DNA from: Muribaculaceae bacterium
GTDB taxonomy: Bacteria; Bacteroidota; Bacteroidia; Bacteroidales; Muribaculaceae
Direction of reading: 5' to 3'
Length of the DNA: 64,000 nucleotides
NCBI GenBank assembly: GCA_022509165.1
Contig: JAFLTT010000003.1
Span: 92,919-156,918 of the forward strand
Part shown: positions 45,791-56,542 of the stretch, in pieces
Layout: every line of letters starts with the position of its first letter
Numbering within the stretch: the stretch's first letter is position 1
The notes under the pieces: generated by a model
Told to the model about the DNA's origin: nothing
Databases searched by the model: none
What the model saw: the letters and a program-made list of their open reading frames with translations, nothing else
Translations under genes and position numbers: made by a program

Positions 45791-48700
45791 TGGTTGACAC
45801 TTTCATTGTGATGTCTTCCAACACATCGAGCAAAACTTCCACTGTTTCCAATGAAGTAAATACCGTGATATTATTGTCTACAGCTGCTCTTCTGATATGA
45901 TAACCATCCTTATGAGAATGGTCGGCTCCGAGTTCCATAGTGTTGATCACATAGCTCACATGGCCTTGTCGTAAAGACTTTGTAATATCATCGGATCCTT
46001 CGCTCAATTTTTTCATCAAACGTGTCCTCACACCATTCTTACGCAAGAATTCTGCAGTGCCTCTTGTAGCCTCGATGTTAAAGCCAAGACCATAGAACCT
46101 TTTTATAAGCGGCAGGGCTCTTTCCTTGTCATTGTCACCTATGGTGACGAATACTGTGCCATAATTCGAAACTGTCATTCCCGAAGCTTGAAGTGATTTA
46201 TACAAAGCACGTTTCAGACTTCTGTCATATCCAATCGCTTCTCCGGTAGATTTCATTTCAGGCGACAGATAAGAGTCCATTCCTCTTAATTTCTGGAAAG
46301 AGAATGCCGGAGTCTTTACAAACCAACGTTTCTTCTCTTCAGGATATAAGTCAGTTATTCCCTGTTGCTTCAATGACTCACCCAACATTACTCTCGTGGC
46401 TATGGGTGCCAAAGGTTTCCCGGTTGCTTTAGAAATGAATGGTACGGTTCTGGATGAACGGGGATTAACCTCTATTACGAAAACCTCGTCGTTTTCATCT
46501 ACAATAAACTGTATGTTATAGAGGCCCACAATCCCTATCTCTTTACCTAATTTCACGGTATAATCCAGGATGGTGTCTTTCACCTTCTGTGATACACTGA
46601 AGGTGGGATACACACTCATAGAGTCTCCTGAGTGCACTCCGGTGTGTTCCACATGTTCCATAATACCCGGCACAAATACATCTTCACCGTCGCAGACTGC
46701 ATCCACTTCAAGTTCCTTACCCATTATATATCGGTCTACAAGAACCGGATGCTCAGCATTTATTTCTACTGCCTCGTGTAAATATTTCCTTAACTGGTCT
46801 TCATGACTCACAATCTGCATTGCTCTTCCTCCAAGCACAAAACTTGGACGCACCAATACAGGATAACCTATTTCAGATGCGGCCTTCACTCCATCTTCAA
46901 TAGTAGTCACTGCAACACCTTTAGGTCTTGGGATACCGAGTTTTTCCATAATTGCTTCAAAACAACCACGGTCTTCGGCATTCTTTATCGCATCTATGCC
47001 TGTTCCAATTATTGGAGCTCCATGTTCTGCAAGTCGTTCTGCCAGATTAATTGCAGTCTGTCCTCCAAGTGTCACGATCACTCCGTCCGGTTTCTCATGA
47101 TCAAGCACATTCATCACGTCTTCCACTGTGAGCGGTTCGAAATAAAGTTTGTCACTTGTAGTGTGATCGGTCGACACTGTCTCCGGATTGTTGTTGATTA
47201 CGATAGCCTCATAACCGGCATTTCTTATGGCCCAGATTGCATGCACGGTAGAATAGTCGAATTCCACTCCCTGTCCTATACGAATCGGACCGGAACCAAG
47301 CACCACAATCTTTTTCTTATCCGAAGGAATAGATTCATTTTCTTCGTCGTAAGTGGAATAGAAATAATCGGTGGTGGAATGGAATTCGGCTCCGCATGAA
47401 TCGATCATCTTATATACCGGTACAATACCGTTTTCTTTCCTGAATTTCCTTACCTCATCTTCCGACACTTTCCAACAGTCGGCAATAAACTTATCACTGA
47501 ATCCGGATTCCTTGGCTATCTTAAGAATTTCTACATTCTTGGGGTTGGCTTTCACCTTCTTTTCTATATCAAGGATATTCTTAAGTTTATCCAGGAAGAA
47601 CATATCAATCTTTGTACGATTATAGATATGCCCTGCATCTACGTCTCTCCAGAAAAGTTCGGCTATGGCATAAAGTCTGTCGTCGGTCGGAGTTTTAATA
47701 TATTCAAGAAGCTGATCTGTTGTGAAAGAATCAAACTTTGGAAGGTAAAGGTGATTTACTCCTGTTTCCAGCGACCTTACGGCCTTTAATAATGATTCCT
47801 CGAAATTTCTGCCGATACTCATCACCTCTCCCGTTGCTTTCATCTGGGTTCCCAGTTCATTTGAAGCATCGGCAAATTTGTCAAACGGGAAACGTGCTAT
47901 TTTGGTTACAACATAGTCTAATGCCGGTTCAAAACTTGCAGGAATATGCCCCAGATTTATTTCATCGAGATGGAGACCCACTGCAATTTTTGCACTCACT
48001 CTGGCTATAGGATATCCTGAGGCCTTTGAAGCAAGAGCTGAAGATCGTGACACACGAGGATTCACTTCTATCAGATAATAATCAAATGAAAGTGGATCTA
48101 AGGCAAACTGGACATTGCAGCCTCCCTCTATCTTTAAAGCCCGTATCAGCTTCAAGGCACTGTCACGAAGTAACTGATATTCTTTATTTGACAAGGTTTG
48201 AGAAGGTGCCACCACTATTGAGTCGCCGGTGTGAACGCCGACCGGGTCGAAATTCTCCATCGAACAAATGGCTATTACCGTATCATTGGCATCACGCATC
48301 ACCTCAAATTCAATCTCCTTGAATCCTTTGATGCTTTTTTCCACAAGAACCTGGTGCACCGGTGATAAATCCAAGGCAGTGCGCATTAATTCACGCAATT
48401 CCTCTTCATTGTCAGCGAAACCACCACCGGTACCTCCCAATGTAAAGGCAGGACGGAGAATGACAGGATAACCGATTTTCTTGGCTATCTCAACGCCTTT
48501 TTCAATTGAATCGGCTACATCGCTTGGCAATACGGGTTCACCTATTTTTTCACAGAGCTCCTTAAATCTTTCACGGTCTTCTGCCATTTCTATACTGTCG
48601 AAAGAAGTGCCGAGAATTTCTACACCACACTCTTCGAGGATTCCTTTTTTTGCCAATTGCACAGCCAAGTTTAGACCTGTTTGCCCACCGAGACCGGGCA

Positions 48701-48959
48701 CTATGGCATCCGGACGTTCGTACCTTACTATCTTGGCCACATATTCCAAGGTAAGGGGTTCCATATAAACTTTATGTGCGATTTCAGGGTCGGTCATGAT
48801 GGTGGCCGGATTAGAATTCACAAGCACCACTTCATAGCCTTCCTCCTTTAGAGCGGCACAGGCCTGGGTGCCGGCATAGTCAAATTCGGCCGCTTGTCCC
48901 ACTACAATAGGACCCGACCCGATCACCATTATTTTCTTTATGTCTGTTCTTTTCGGCAT
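45777..48959 (-). CDS. carB: Carbamoyl-phosphate synthase large subunit
   Basis: 1060 aa with duplicated ATP-grasp halves and 'GSGPI.IGQ..EFDY' present twice. Confidence 0.97.
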   Translation of the reverse strand: MPKRTDIKKIMVIGSGPIVVGQAAEFDYAGTQACAALKEEGYEVVLVNSNPATIMTDPEIAHKVYMEPLTLEYVAKIVRYERPDAIVPGLGGQTGLNLAVQLAKKGILEECGVEILGTSFDSIEMAEDRERFKELCEKIGEPVLPSDVADSIEKGVEIAKKIGYPVILRPAFTLGGTGGGFADNEEELRELMRTALDLSPVHQVLVEKSIKGFKEIEFEVMRDANDTVIAICSMENFDPVGVHTGDSIVVAPSQTLSNKEYQLLRDSALKLIRALKIEGGCNVQFALDPLSFDYYLIEVNPRVSRSSALASKASGYPIARVSAKIAVGLHLDEINLGHIPASFEPALDYVVTKIARFPFDKFADASNELGTQMKATGEVMSIGRNFEESLLKAVRSLETGVNHLYLPKFDSFTTDQLLEYIKTPTDDRLYAIAELFWRDVDAGHIYNRTKIDMFFLDKLKNILDIEKKVKANPKNVEILKIAKESGFSDKFIADCWKVSEDEVRKFRKENGIVPVYKMIDSCGAEFHSTTDYFYSTYDEENESIPSDKKKIVVLGSGPIRIGQGVEFDYSTVHAIWAIRNAGYEAIVINNNPETVSTDHTTSDKLYFEPLTVEDVMNVLDHEKPDGVIVTLGGQTAINLAERLAEHGAPIIGTGIDAIKNAEDRGCFEAIMEKLGIPRPKGVAVTTIEDGVKAASEIGYPVLVRPSFVLGGRAMQIVSHEDQLRKYLHEAVEINAEHPVLVDRYIMGKELEVDAVCDGEDVFVPGIMEHVEHTGVHSGDSMSVYPTFSVSQKVKDTILDYTVKLGKEIGIVGLYNIQFIVDENDEVFVIEVNPRSSRTVPFISKATGKPLAPIATRVMLGESLKQQGITDLYPEEKKRWFVKTPAFSFQKLRGMDSYLSPEMKSTGEAIGYDRSLKRALYKSLQASGMTVSNYGTVFVTIGDNDKERALPLIKRFYGLGFNIEATRGTAEFLRKNGVRTRLMKKLSEGSDDITKSLRQGHVSYVINTMELGADHSHKDGYHIRRAAVDNNITVFTSLETVEVLLDVLEDITMKVSTIDED

Positions 48960-48963
48960 GGTC

Positions 48964-50058
48964 TCAAAGTTGTTTTTCTTTCTTGGGTATCATTTGTAAA
49001 AAACGGTCGAAAAGATAGATGGTATCTTGGGGACCGGGGGCACTTTCCGGATGGAATTGCACCGATATCACTTTCTCTTTCTCACATTCCAATCCTTCCA
49101 CAGTGCCATCAAGAAGATTAATATGAGTAATCTCAAGAGGTGTCTGTGCCACTGATTCTTTATCTACGGCAAACCCATGGTTCTGTGCCGTAATCAACAC
49201 TTTACCCGTCTTGAGTTCCTTCACCGGGTGATTTCCTCCTCTGTGCCCGGGGTTGATTTCGCATATCTTGGCACCATAAGCCAAAGATAATAACTGATGG
49301 CCAAGGCATATTCCGAACATTGGAACCTTTCCTCTCAGCTGCTTGAGAGTCTCCACTACTTCTGGAACATCTTCGGGCGATCCGGGTCCGTTAGATATAA
49401 GCACACCGTCAGGATTAAAATCAAGTATCTGTTCGGCACTCGTATTCCAAGGTACCACAATAACGTTGCAACCATGGCTGTTAAGATTTCTTACCATGTT
49501 CAACTTCATGCCACAGTCTATAGCCACTATATCGTATTTGCAATTGGTAGTGCGGGCAAACCATCTTTTTCTGCAACTCACCTTTCCTACCAGGTCTTTT
49601 GGTCTTGGATGGCTTTTGATTTTCTCCACTGCCTCTTCCACCGGAGTATCTGCATCAGTTATTATAGCTCTCATTCCATTGGCATCACGCAGAATTCGTG
49701 TGAGCATTCTGGTATCAAGGCCGCTTATCCCCGGGATGTCGTTTTCTTCAAGCACCTCCGCCAAGGTCTTAGTATAGCGGAAGTTGGAAGGAGAATCATT
49801 ATTTTCCTTCACAATCATACCACCTATCATCGGGAATTTGGTTTCATAATCTTCATCTGTGATACCATAATTTCCAATCAGGGGATAAGTCATTACTATA
49901 ATCTGGTCGGCATAGGATGGGTCTGAAAGAATTTCCTGATATCCTACCATCGAAGTGTTGAATACGAGTTCTCCCACGCGTTCTTTTTCGGATGCAAATC
50001 CGAGACCATGGAATTCTCTTCCGTCTTCGAGTACAAGTTTTTTTGCGGGATTATTCAT
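48964..50058 (-). CDS. carA: Carbamoyl-phosphate synthase small (glutaminase) subunit
   Basis: GATase triad region 'GICLGHQ' and 'FHPE'. Confidence 0.95.
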   Translation of the reverse strand: MNNPAKKLVLEDGREFHGLGFASEKERVGELVFNTSMVGYQEILSDPSYADQIIVMTYPLIGNYGITDEDYETKFPMIGGMIVKENNDSPSNFRYTKTLAEVLEENDIPGISGLDTRMLTRILRDANGMRAIITDADTPVEEAVEKIKSHPRPKDLVGKVSCRKRWFARTTNCKYDIVAIDCGMKLNMVRNLNSHGCNVIVVPWNTSAEQILDFNPDGVLISNGPGSPEDVPEVVETLKQLRGKVPMFGICLGHQLLSLAYGAKICEINPGHRGGNHPVKELKTGKVLITAQNHGFAVDKESVAQTPLEITHINLLDGTVEGLECEKEKVISVQFHPESAPGPQDTIYLFDRFLQMIPKKEKQL

Positions 50059-51338
50059 AGTGAATTATAAACCGTGTTACCGTTATATATCGTCATTTTT
50101 ATTTTTCCTTGCAGTTCCATTCCGGCATATGGGGTGGCTCTTCCCATTGATTTGAATTCATCGGGATTAACCGTAAATTTCTCATCAGTACTTACTACTA
50201 CGAGGTCTGCAGGCATACCCTCTTTTACGTGTGAAATTTCCTGAAGTCCTAAAAGACGTCGAGGATTGGCGGCCATCACCTCTATAAGTCTTTCGAATGG
50301 CATTATTCCTGATGCCACCATGGTAGTATATACGGCAGGGAAAGCGGTTTCCAAGCCAACTACTCCCATAGCACTCTTTTCCAGTCCCTTGCTCTTTTCT
50401 TTCTCAGAATGTGGAGCATGGTCTGTGGCTATTACATCAATTGTGCCGTCGGCCACACCTTTCCTCAAGGCTTCCTGATCTTCCCACGATCGGATAGGAG
50501 GATTCATTTTGAATCTTCCCTCCTCCTTAAGGTCGGAATCATTAAATGTAAGGTAATGCGGACCCGTTTCACAAGTCACCGGCAAGCCCTTCTCTTTGGC
50601 TTTTCTCACAAGTTCCACACTCTCTTTCGTAGATATATGACATATGTGGAGCCGGCATCCGGTTTCCTCTGCAAGACGGATGTCTCTTTCCACTTCCTTC
50701 CATTCGGAAGCGGAACTTATACCTTTATGATTATGGGCATCTGCATATTCTCCGGCATGGATATATCCTCCGTTCAGTAATTCCTCCACCTCACAATGGG
50801 CCGATAGGAGCTTGCCCGTCTTGGCTATACCCTCCATTGCTTTTTTCATCATGGCTTCATCCTGCACTCCTGATCCGTCATCAGAAAAACCTGCAACAAA
50901 AGGTGCCAAAGCTTCATAATCTACAGGTTGATTACCCAATCTTGACTTTGTGATAGATGCAAAAGGAATCACATTTATCCGGGCATCTTTTTGGATGATA
51001 TCAAGTTGTTTCTGCAGATTTTCTATTGAATCCGGAGTTGGATTTAAATTGGGCATAGGGCAAACAGTGGTAAATCCTCCTGCAGCAGCTGCCTCTGTAC
51101 CCGTCTTTATCGTTTCCTTATAACTAAATCCCGGTTCTCTCAAATGCACATGCATGTCGATAAAAGAGGGAAGCACAACGTATCCCTCTATATTATAGAC
51201 TTCTGCATCGCTGAGATCAATCGGTTTAGCACTTATTTTTTCTACTTTTCCATTGGAGATGAGCACATCCAAAGGTTCAAGACCCTTATCGGTATATACC
51301 TTTCCATTGGTAAGTACTATTTTATTTTTTGAAGACAT
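50055..51338 (-). CDS. pyrC: Dihydroorotase (long, Bacillus-type)
   Basis: 'DMHVHLREPG', 'DHAPH' and 427 aa in length. Confidence 0.93.
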   Translation of the reverse strand: MSSKNKIVLTNGKVYTDKGLEPLDVLISNGKVEKISAKPIDLSDAEVYNIEGYVVLPSFIDMHVHLREPGFSYKETIKTGTEAAAAGGFTTVCPMPNLNPTPDSIENLQKQLDIIQKDARINVIPFASITKSRLGNQPVDYEALAPFVAGFSDDGSGVQDEAMMKKAMEGIAKTGKLLSAHCEVEELLNGGYIHAGEYADAHNHKGISSASEWKEVERDIRLAEETGCRLHICHISTKESVELVRKAKEKGLPVTCETGPHYLTFNDSDLKEEGRFKMNPPIRSWEDQEALRKGVADGTIDVIATDHAPHSEKEKSKGLEKSAMGVVGLETAFPAVYTTMVASGIMPFERLIEVMAANPRRLLGLQEISHVKEGMPADLVVVSTDEKFTVNPDEFKSMGRATPYAGMELQGKIKMTIYNGNTVYNSL

Positions 51339-51366
51339 CCCTTTAATAATTTCAACCCCTGACTAC

Positions 51367-51398
51367 ATAAAAAAGGCAATTCGATAACGAATTGCCTT
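51367..51398 (-). terminator. Leader terminator (attenuator) of the pyr operon
   Basis: The minus strand reads AAGGCAAUUCG-UUAU-CGAAUUGCCUU-UUUUAU. It lies 29 nt upstream of the pyrC ATG and inside the 5' leader. Confidence 0.7.
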
Positions 51399-51501
51399 AA
51401 ATATTAAGAAAAATTGAGACCTTGCGGAAGGATTTTCCGTTTACTGTCACTTGCATTTCATTGTCTTGCCAGTGATGTATCAGGCCACAATCTTCAGTCA
51501 T
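51397..51501 (-). CDS. Candidate 34-codon pyr leader peptide
   Basis: Manual translation gives MTEDCGLIHHWQDNEMQVTVNGKSFRKVSIFLNI*. Its UAA overlaps the first two stem bases of the leader terminator. Confidence 0.4.
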   Translation of the reverse strand: MTEDCGLIHHWQDNEMQVTVNGKSFRKVSIFLNI

Positions 51502-51515
51502 TCTGGAATTTTCTG

Positions 51516-51546
51516 CAAATATAACGAATTTTACCTCCTCTTCAAA
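51516..51546 (-). promoter_or_regulatory. pyr operon promoter (TTTG-N19-TATATTTG on the minus strand)
   Basis: Plus-strand CAAA at 51543-51546 and CAAATATA at 51516-51523 give the Bacteroides consensus on the minus strand. Confidence 0.6.
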
Positions 51547-51592
51547 ACCCACCCGCCCTTTTTATTCTTATTTTAACAAATGCTTTTCTTGG

Positions 51593-51624
51593 TTTGGTAG
51601 TGAAGATTTTTTTCTGTATCTTTG
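51593..51624 (+). promoter_or_regulatory. tRNA-Cys promoter (TTTG-N20-TATCTTTG)
   Basis: TTTG lies at 51593-51596 and TATCTTTG at 51617-51624, 27 nt upstream of the tRNA. Confidence 0.6.
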
Positions 51625-51650
51625 CACTCGCAAACGGAATTCCGTTACAG

Positions 51651-51721
51651 GGTGCCATGTCCGAGTGGTTAGGTACCGGTCTGCAAAACCGTTGACACCA
51701 GTTCGAATCTGGTTGGCACCT
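51651..51721 (+). tRNA. tRNA-Cys (GCA)
   Basis: Acceptor GGTGCCA/TGGCACC, anticodon loop CTGCAAA, T-arm ACCAG-TTCGAAT-CTGGT. Confidence 0.9.
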
Positions 51722-51777
51722 CTAAAGAGCGATTCATTAATGTGTCTCGCTCTTTTTTCTTTAAGGATTTACCTAAA

Positions 51778-52758
51778 ATGGATATAAAGAAAAATTCTTC
51801 CCCATCTTCTCTTTTAGAAGGAAGGGTCGTTAAGAATACAGGCAGTGCTTATGTGGTGAAAACCTCTGATGGCTTGGAATTTCCTTGCCGAATCAAAGGC
51901 AATTTCCGTATTAAAGGAATTAGAACCACAAATCCGGTAGCCGTAGGAGATGTGGTAAAATTTGCTCATGCTTCGGATGATGCATTCTATATCCGTGAAA
52001 TCGTACCAAGAAAGAACTATATCATTCGGAGGGCCTCAAATCTTTCTAAAGAAAGCCATATTCTTGCCGCCAATATCGACCAGGCTATTTTAGTGGCTTC
52101 TATTTTTAACCCGGAAACTCCCCTTACTTTTATCGACAGATTTCTGGCTACAGCTGAAGCTTACTCTATTCCGGCTATCTTAGTGTTTAATAAATCTGAC
52201 CTTTGGACTCCTGAAATTTGGGATTATGCCAATCAACTTAAGGAAATTTATGAAAACATAGGATACCCGGTTATTTTCACTTCTGCTTCAAAAGAAGAAG
52301 GAATAGAAAATCTGAAAGAAATTACCAGGCAAAAAATCAGTCTTCTTGCCGGGAACAGCGGAGTCGGTAAATCCTCTTTGATAAATGCTATGATTCCGGG
52401 TTGTAATCTTCGCACCGGTGAAGTTTCCGACATTCATCACACAGGGACCCATACCACCACCTTCTCTGAAATGATTCCTCTACCCGAAGGAGGTGACCTG
52501 ATTGACATCCCGGGAGTAAAGGGATTTGGAATGATAGAATTCCAACCGGCTGAAGTTTCTCATTACTTCCCGGAAATTTTTAAGAAATCCTGTGAATGTA
52601 GATATGGCGACTGCCGACATTTAGGTGAACCCGGTTGTGCAGTTGCGGAGGCAGTTGAAAACGGAGAAATTTACCCAACCCGTTTCAGCTCTTATCTATC
52701 GATTATGGAAGAGGTGGCAGGAGATAAAGGTGAAGATAAATACCGTAAGCCTTTTTAA
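51778..52758 (+). CDS. rsgA: Ribosome small-subunit-dependent GTPase A
   Basis: Circularly permuted GTPase motifs 'VFNKSDL' and 'GNSGVGKSSL', with a C-terminal zinc knuckle 'CRYGDCRHLGEPGC'. An ATG at 51778 is preferred over the track's GTG at 51742. Confidence 0.9.
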   Translation: MDIKKNSSPSSLLEGRVVKNTGSAYVVKTSDGLEFPCRIKGNFRIKGIRTTNPVAVGDVVKFAHASDDAFYIREIVPRKNYIIRRASNLSKESHILAANIDQAILVASIFNPETPLTFIDRFLATAEAYSIPAILVFNKSDLWTPEIWDYANQLKEIYENIGYPVIFTSASKEEGIENLKEITRQKISLLAGNSGVGKSSLINAMIPGCNLRTGEVSDIHHTGTHTTTFSEMIPLPEGGDLIDIPGVKGFGMIEFQPAEVSHYFPEIFKKSCECRYGDCRHLGEPGCAVAEAVENGEIYPTRFSSYLSIMEEVAGDKGEDKYRKPF

Positions 52759-52776
52759 AAATTGAGGAACTAACTC

Positions 52777-53550
52777 TTAATCAGCTCCTTGAAGAGTTTG
52801 TGACAGTATATGGTCTAAATCCTGTGCGGAAAGACGTATCTTAAATTCGCCATCGATGGCCACGGAAATATTGCCGGTCTCTTCACTCACTATCACACAC
52901 ACCGCATCTGTGGCCTGACTCATACCTAATGCCGCACGGTGTCGTAATCCAAGTTCTTTAGGCACATCCATATTATGGCTTACAGGCAAAATACAACCCA
53001 CTGATTTTATCTTGTTGTCCGCAATTATCATTGCACCATCATGCAGAGGAGAATTCTTAAAGAAGATATTCTCTATGAGTCTTACATTTACATCGGCATC
53101 TATCATGTCGCCGGTATCCTCAAAATTAGTTAAGGGCATTTTCCTTTGAAATACTATAAGAGCACCGGTCTTTGTCTTGCTCATGCTCATGCATGCATAT
53201 ACTACAGCTGAAATATCTTTACGACGCGACTCGGCTTCGCGGTCATGACGGAATAGACGCCGGAAATATCTCATCCTTCCATGAGAACCGATGTCTATAA
53301 GAAATCGCTTTATCTGATCCTGGAAAAGAACAACCAATACTATAAGCCCGATGCCCATGAATTTATCGAGTATAGAGCCCGTGAGGCGCATATCGAAAAT
53401 TTCAGAGGCAAGTATCCATAACACAAAGAAGATCAAGACACCATAAAACAAACTCAGTGTACCGCTGCTCTTCATCATCTTATAGATGTAGAAGAGCATC
53501 ACTGCGATTATTATGATATCTATCAGATCTTTTATGCCGAAACTTATCAT
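52777..53550 (-). CDS. cdaA: Diadenylate cyclase (membrane-anchored)
   Basis: Three N-terminal TM segments and DAC motifs 'LHDGAMI', 'GLRHRAALG' and 'VSEETG'. Confidence 0.92.
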   Translation of the reverse strand: MISFGIKDLIDIIIIAVMLFYIYKMMKSSGTLSLFYGVLIFFVLWILASEIFDMRLTGSILDKFMGIGLIVLVVLFQDQIKRFLIDIGSHGRMRYFRRLFRHDREAESRRKDISAVVYACMSMSKTKTGALIVFQRKMPLTNFEDTGDMIDADVNVRLIENIFFKNSPLHDGAMIIADNKIKSVGCILPVSHNMDVPKELGLRHRAALGMSQATDAVCVIVSEETGNISVAIDGEFKIRLSAQDLDHILSQTLQGAD

Positions 53551-54374
53551 GAATTACTTATTCTGGCAAATAGTTTTATTGTTTCTACGGCTTCCTTTAC
53601 ATCGTGCACCCTCAGTATATCTGCTCCCTTGGTTAGGGCTATTGCCTCAAGTGCTATACTTCCGGCAAGACTCTGTTCAGGAGTGACCCCCAGAGTCTTG
53701 TAAATCATAGATTTTCTTGATAGACCTACCAGTACAGGCATCCCCATGGCTGCTACTTCCTCCATCTCTTTGAAAAGCCGGAAATTATCGTCAAGTGTCT
53801 TGGCAAATCCAAATCCCGGATCTATGATTACATCATTAAGACCCATTCTGTGCAGTTCATTTACCTTCTTTGAGAGATATATTATCACTTCCGAGGTGAC
53901 ATCAGTATATGAAGGAGTATCTTGAAAATTATGAGTCAGTACATAGGCCACGCCCTTTGCGGCAACTATCTGCCACATGTCACTGTCTATTCCTCCGCTC
54001 ACATCATTGATTATAGCGGCTCCCCATTTTTCTATCGCCTTTAGGGCCACTGAAGCACGAAAGGTGTCTATGCTCAGAGGAATATCTTCACTTATCTCTC
54101 TCACAATCCGACAACCCTTATCCACTCTTTCCCATTCCTCCACTTCCGAAGGTGCATGATAACCGGGTCGGGTGGAACAACCACCAACATCTATGATTTC
54201 CACACCATCGGAAATCATTTTCTCTGCTCTCCGGCGGATATCAGATATATTGAAAGTTCTGCTCTCGGGATAAAAACTGTCCGGTGTTACGTTGAGTATC
54301 CCCATAACTTTTGGCACCTTGAAATTCATAAGATGTCCGTTTATGTTAATAGAGATATCGGCGTTTTTCCTCAT
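53547..54374 (-). CDS. folP: Dihydropteroate synthase
   Basis: 'MGILNVTPDSFY', 'IIDVGG.STRPG' and 'DPG.GF.K' motifs. Confidence 0.93.
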   Translation of the reverse strand: MRKNADISININGHLMNFKVPKVMGILNVTPDSFYPESRTFNISDIRRRAEKMISDGVEIIDVGGCSTRPGYHAPSEVEEWERVDKGCRIVREISEDIPLSIDTFRASVALKAIEKWGAAIINDVSGGIDSDMWQIVAAKGVAYVLTHNFQDTPSYTDVTSEVIIYLSKKVNELHRMGLNDVIIDPGFGFAKTLDDNFRLFKEMEEVAAMGMPVLVGLSRKSMIYKTLGVTPEQSLAGSIALEAIALTKGADILRVHDVKEAVETIKLFARISNS

Positions 54375-54377
54375 ATC

Positions 54378-56177
54378 CTAACTTCTATTGGCACGCTTGC
54401 GCTCATTTTCGTCGAGAATAATCTTTCGCAGACGGATATTGGAGGGTGTCACTTCCACGTATTCATCTTCTTTGATATATTCCAATGCCTCTTCAAGAGA
54501 GAATACTACCGGGGGCACAATCCTTGCCTTGTCATCAGCTCCGGAAGCACGCATGTTGGTGAGTTTTTTCGACTTGGTAACGTTCACCACGATATCACCT
54601 TCCTTTGCATTTTCTCCCACTACCTGGCCTGCATATACTTCCTCTTGAGGGAAAATGAAGAAGCGACCCCGGTCTTGCAGTTTATCGATTGCATATGCAT
54701 AGGCTGTGCCGGCTTCCATTGCTATGAGCGATCCGTTGGTACGCCTTTCGATATCACCTTTCCAAGGCTGGTATTCCAGAAATCTATGAGCCATTATTGC
54801 CTCTCCTGCTGTGGCTGTGAGTATATTGTTGCGCAGACCGATGATACCTCTTGATGGGATTATAAATTCTATGTCGATTCTATCGTTGCGGGTGTTCATT
54901 GATACGATCTCACCCTTCCTCCTGGTGACCATATCCACTACCTTGGAGCTATATTCCTCCGGCACGTTTACAGTCAGTGTCTCCACGGGTTCGCACTTCA
55001 CTCCGTCTATTTCCTTAATAATTACCTGCGGCTGACCCACCTGGAGTTCATAACCCTCTCTTCTCATCGTTTCTATAAGAATAGAGAGATGAAGCACTCC
55101 GCGTCCGAACACTGTCCATTTATCTTCTGTTTCCCCTTTCTCTACTCTGAGAGCCAGGTTCTTGTCAAGTTCTCGTTCCAGACGTTCTGCAATGTGTCGG
55201 GAGGTGACATATTTACCATCCTTTCCGAAGAAAGGTGAATCATTTATGGTGAAGGTCATCGACATGGTAGGCTCATCTATGGCAATGCGAGGCAACGGTT
55301 CCGGATTATTGATATCTGAAATGGTATCGCCTATTTCAAAATTCTCAAGTCCAACAATAGCGCATATATCGCCGCTGCTTACCTCTTTCACCTTTTTCCT
55401 GCCCATGCCTTCAAACACGTGCAGTTCTTTTATTTTTTGTTTGGTAACAGTGCCATCTTTCTTACATAGGGCAACCTCCATTCCTTCATGTATAGTACCG
55501 CGGTGAACCCTTCCGATAGCTATTCTCCCTACATAACTGCTGTAGTCAAGAGAGGTTATCAACATCTGAGGATCACCTTCCAGAGTTTCCGGTGCAGGAA
55601 TATATTTTATGATGGCATCGAGCACCGGAGTGATATCTTCAGTACGTTCCTTCCAGTCGGTGCTCATCCAGTTTTGTTTTGCTGAACCGTAAATTGTAGG
55701 GAAATCCAATTGGTCTTCAGTAGCCCCGAGATTAAACATAAGGTCGAACACCATTTCATTCACCTCATCGGGGCGGCAATTTGGTTTATCCACTTTATTA
55801 ATCACCACCACCGGCTTTAATCCCATCTGTATGGCTTTTTGCAATACAAAACGTGTCTGAGGCATAGGCCCCTCGAAGGCATCTACCAGAAGGAGGCAAC
55901 CGTCAGCCATATTAAGTACACGCTCCACCTCTCCTCCGAAATCTGCGTGACCCGGAGTGTCTATTATATTGATTTTCGTATCCTTATAATTGATCGACAC
56001 GTTTTTCGACAAAATTGTGATACCCCGTTCTCTCTCCAGATCATTGTTGTCAAGGATTAATTCACCGGTAGCCTGGTTTTCTCTGAAGAGATTACCGGCC
56101 ATGAGCATCTTGTCTACCAAGGTTGTTTTGCCATGGTCTACGTGAGCGATAATGGCTATGTTCCTAATTTGTTGCAT
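54378..56177 (-). CDS. typA: Translational GTPase TypA/BipA
   Basis: 'IRNIAIIAHVDHGKTTLVD', 'DTPGHADF' and 'NKVD' motifs. The start is taken at Met14 of the track ORF. Confidence 0.95.
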   Translation of the reverse strand: MQQIRNIAIIAHVDHGKTTLVDKMLMAGNLFRENQATGELILDNNDLERERGITILSKNVSINYKDTKINIIDTPGHADFGGEVERVLNMADGCLLLVDAFEGPMPQTRFVLQKAIQMGLKPVVVINKVDKPNCRPDEVNEMVFDLMFNLGATEDQLDFPTIYGSAKQNWMSTDWKERTEDITPVLDAIIKYIPAPETLEGDPQMLITSLDYSSYVGRIAIGRVHRGTIHEGMEVALCKKDGTVTKQKIKELHVFEGMGRKKVKEVSSGDICAIVGLENFEIGDTISDINNPEPLPRIAIDEPTMSMTFTINDSPFFGKDGKYVTSRHIAERLERELDKNLALRVEKGETEDKWTVFGRGVLHLSILIETMRREGYELQVGQPQVIIKEIDGVKCEPVETLTVNVPEEYSSKVVDMVTRRKGEIVSMNTRNDRIDIEFIIPSRGIIGLRNNILTATAGEAIMAHRFLEYQPWKGDIERRTNGSLIAMEAGTAYAYAIDKLQDRGRFFIFPQEEVYAGQVVGENAKEGDIVVNVTKSKKLTNMRASGADDKARIVPPVVFSLEEALEYIKEDEYVEVTPSNIRLRKIILDENERKRANRS

Positions 56178-56266
56178 TTTCGCAAAGTTACAAAATATTC
56201 TACAATCAAAAGCCACCCCGGTAGTCGGAATGGCTTATAAATGCGTATGAATTCAAAGAGAAATAC

Positions 56267-56542
56267 TTATTTACGTATACCAAGTTCTTTCTTGGCTATG
56301 ATAGCACGATATCTGTTGATATCCTTGCGGATGAGGTAATCGAGAAGTGAACGTCTCTTACCTACGAGCATTTTAAGAGCACGGGCCGTAGCATGGTCTT
56401 TGTGATTCTCTTTCATGTGCTCGGTGAGATGTTTGATACGGAAAGAGAACAGAGCGATCTGGCTTTCAGGGCTGCCGGTGTCTGTTTTACCTGTACCGTA
56501 GGTTTCAAAGATTTTCTCTTTTTCTTCTTGTGATGGATACAT
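56267..56542 (-). CDS. rpsO: 30S ribosomal protein S15
   Basis: 91 aa. 'GS.E.QIAL.S.RI..LT.H.K.....H...R.L..LVGKRR.LL.YL'. Confidence 0.93.
   Translation of the reverse strand: MYPSQEEKEKIFETYGTGKTDTGSPESQIALFSFRIKHLTEHMKENHKDHATARALKMLVGKRRSLLDYLIRKDINRYRAIIAKKELGIRK

Noticed and set aside
45387-50780. I examined the many + strand ORFs inside carB, carA and pyrC, for example 46803-47399 (198 aa), 49297-49926 (209 aa) and 50409-50780 (123 aa).
   Set aside because: They are antisense to strongly supported housekeeping genes and have low-complexity or Cys/His/Ser-rich composition typical of shadow ORFs.
51470-51515. I considered whether the pyr leader carries a PyrR-binding anti-antiterminator loop.
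   Set aside because: The site matches the ARUCCAGAGAGGYU consensus at only 10 of 14 positions, and the invariant GAGAGG core is broken. No pyrR gene is seen in the window. It is kept only as a remark within the attenuator finding.
54156-54854. I examined the 232-aa + strand ORF spanning the folP/typA junction.
   Set aside because: It is antisense to two well-supported genes, has no recognisable motif and has an odd composition. It is a shadow ORF.
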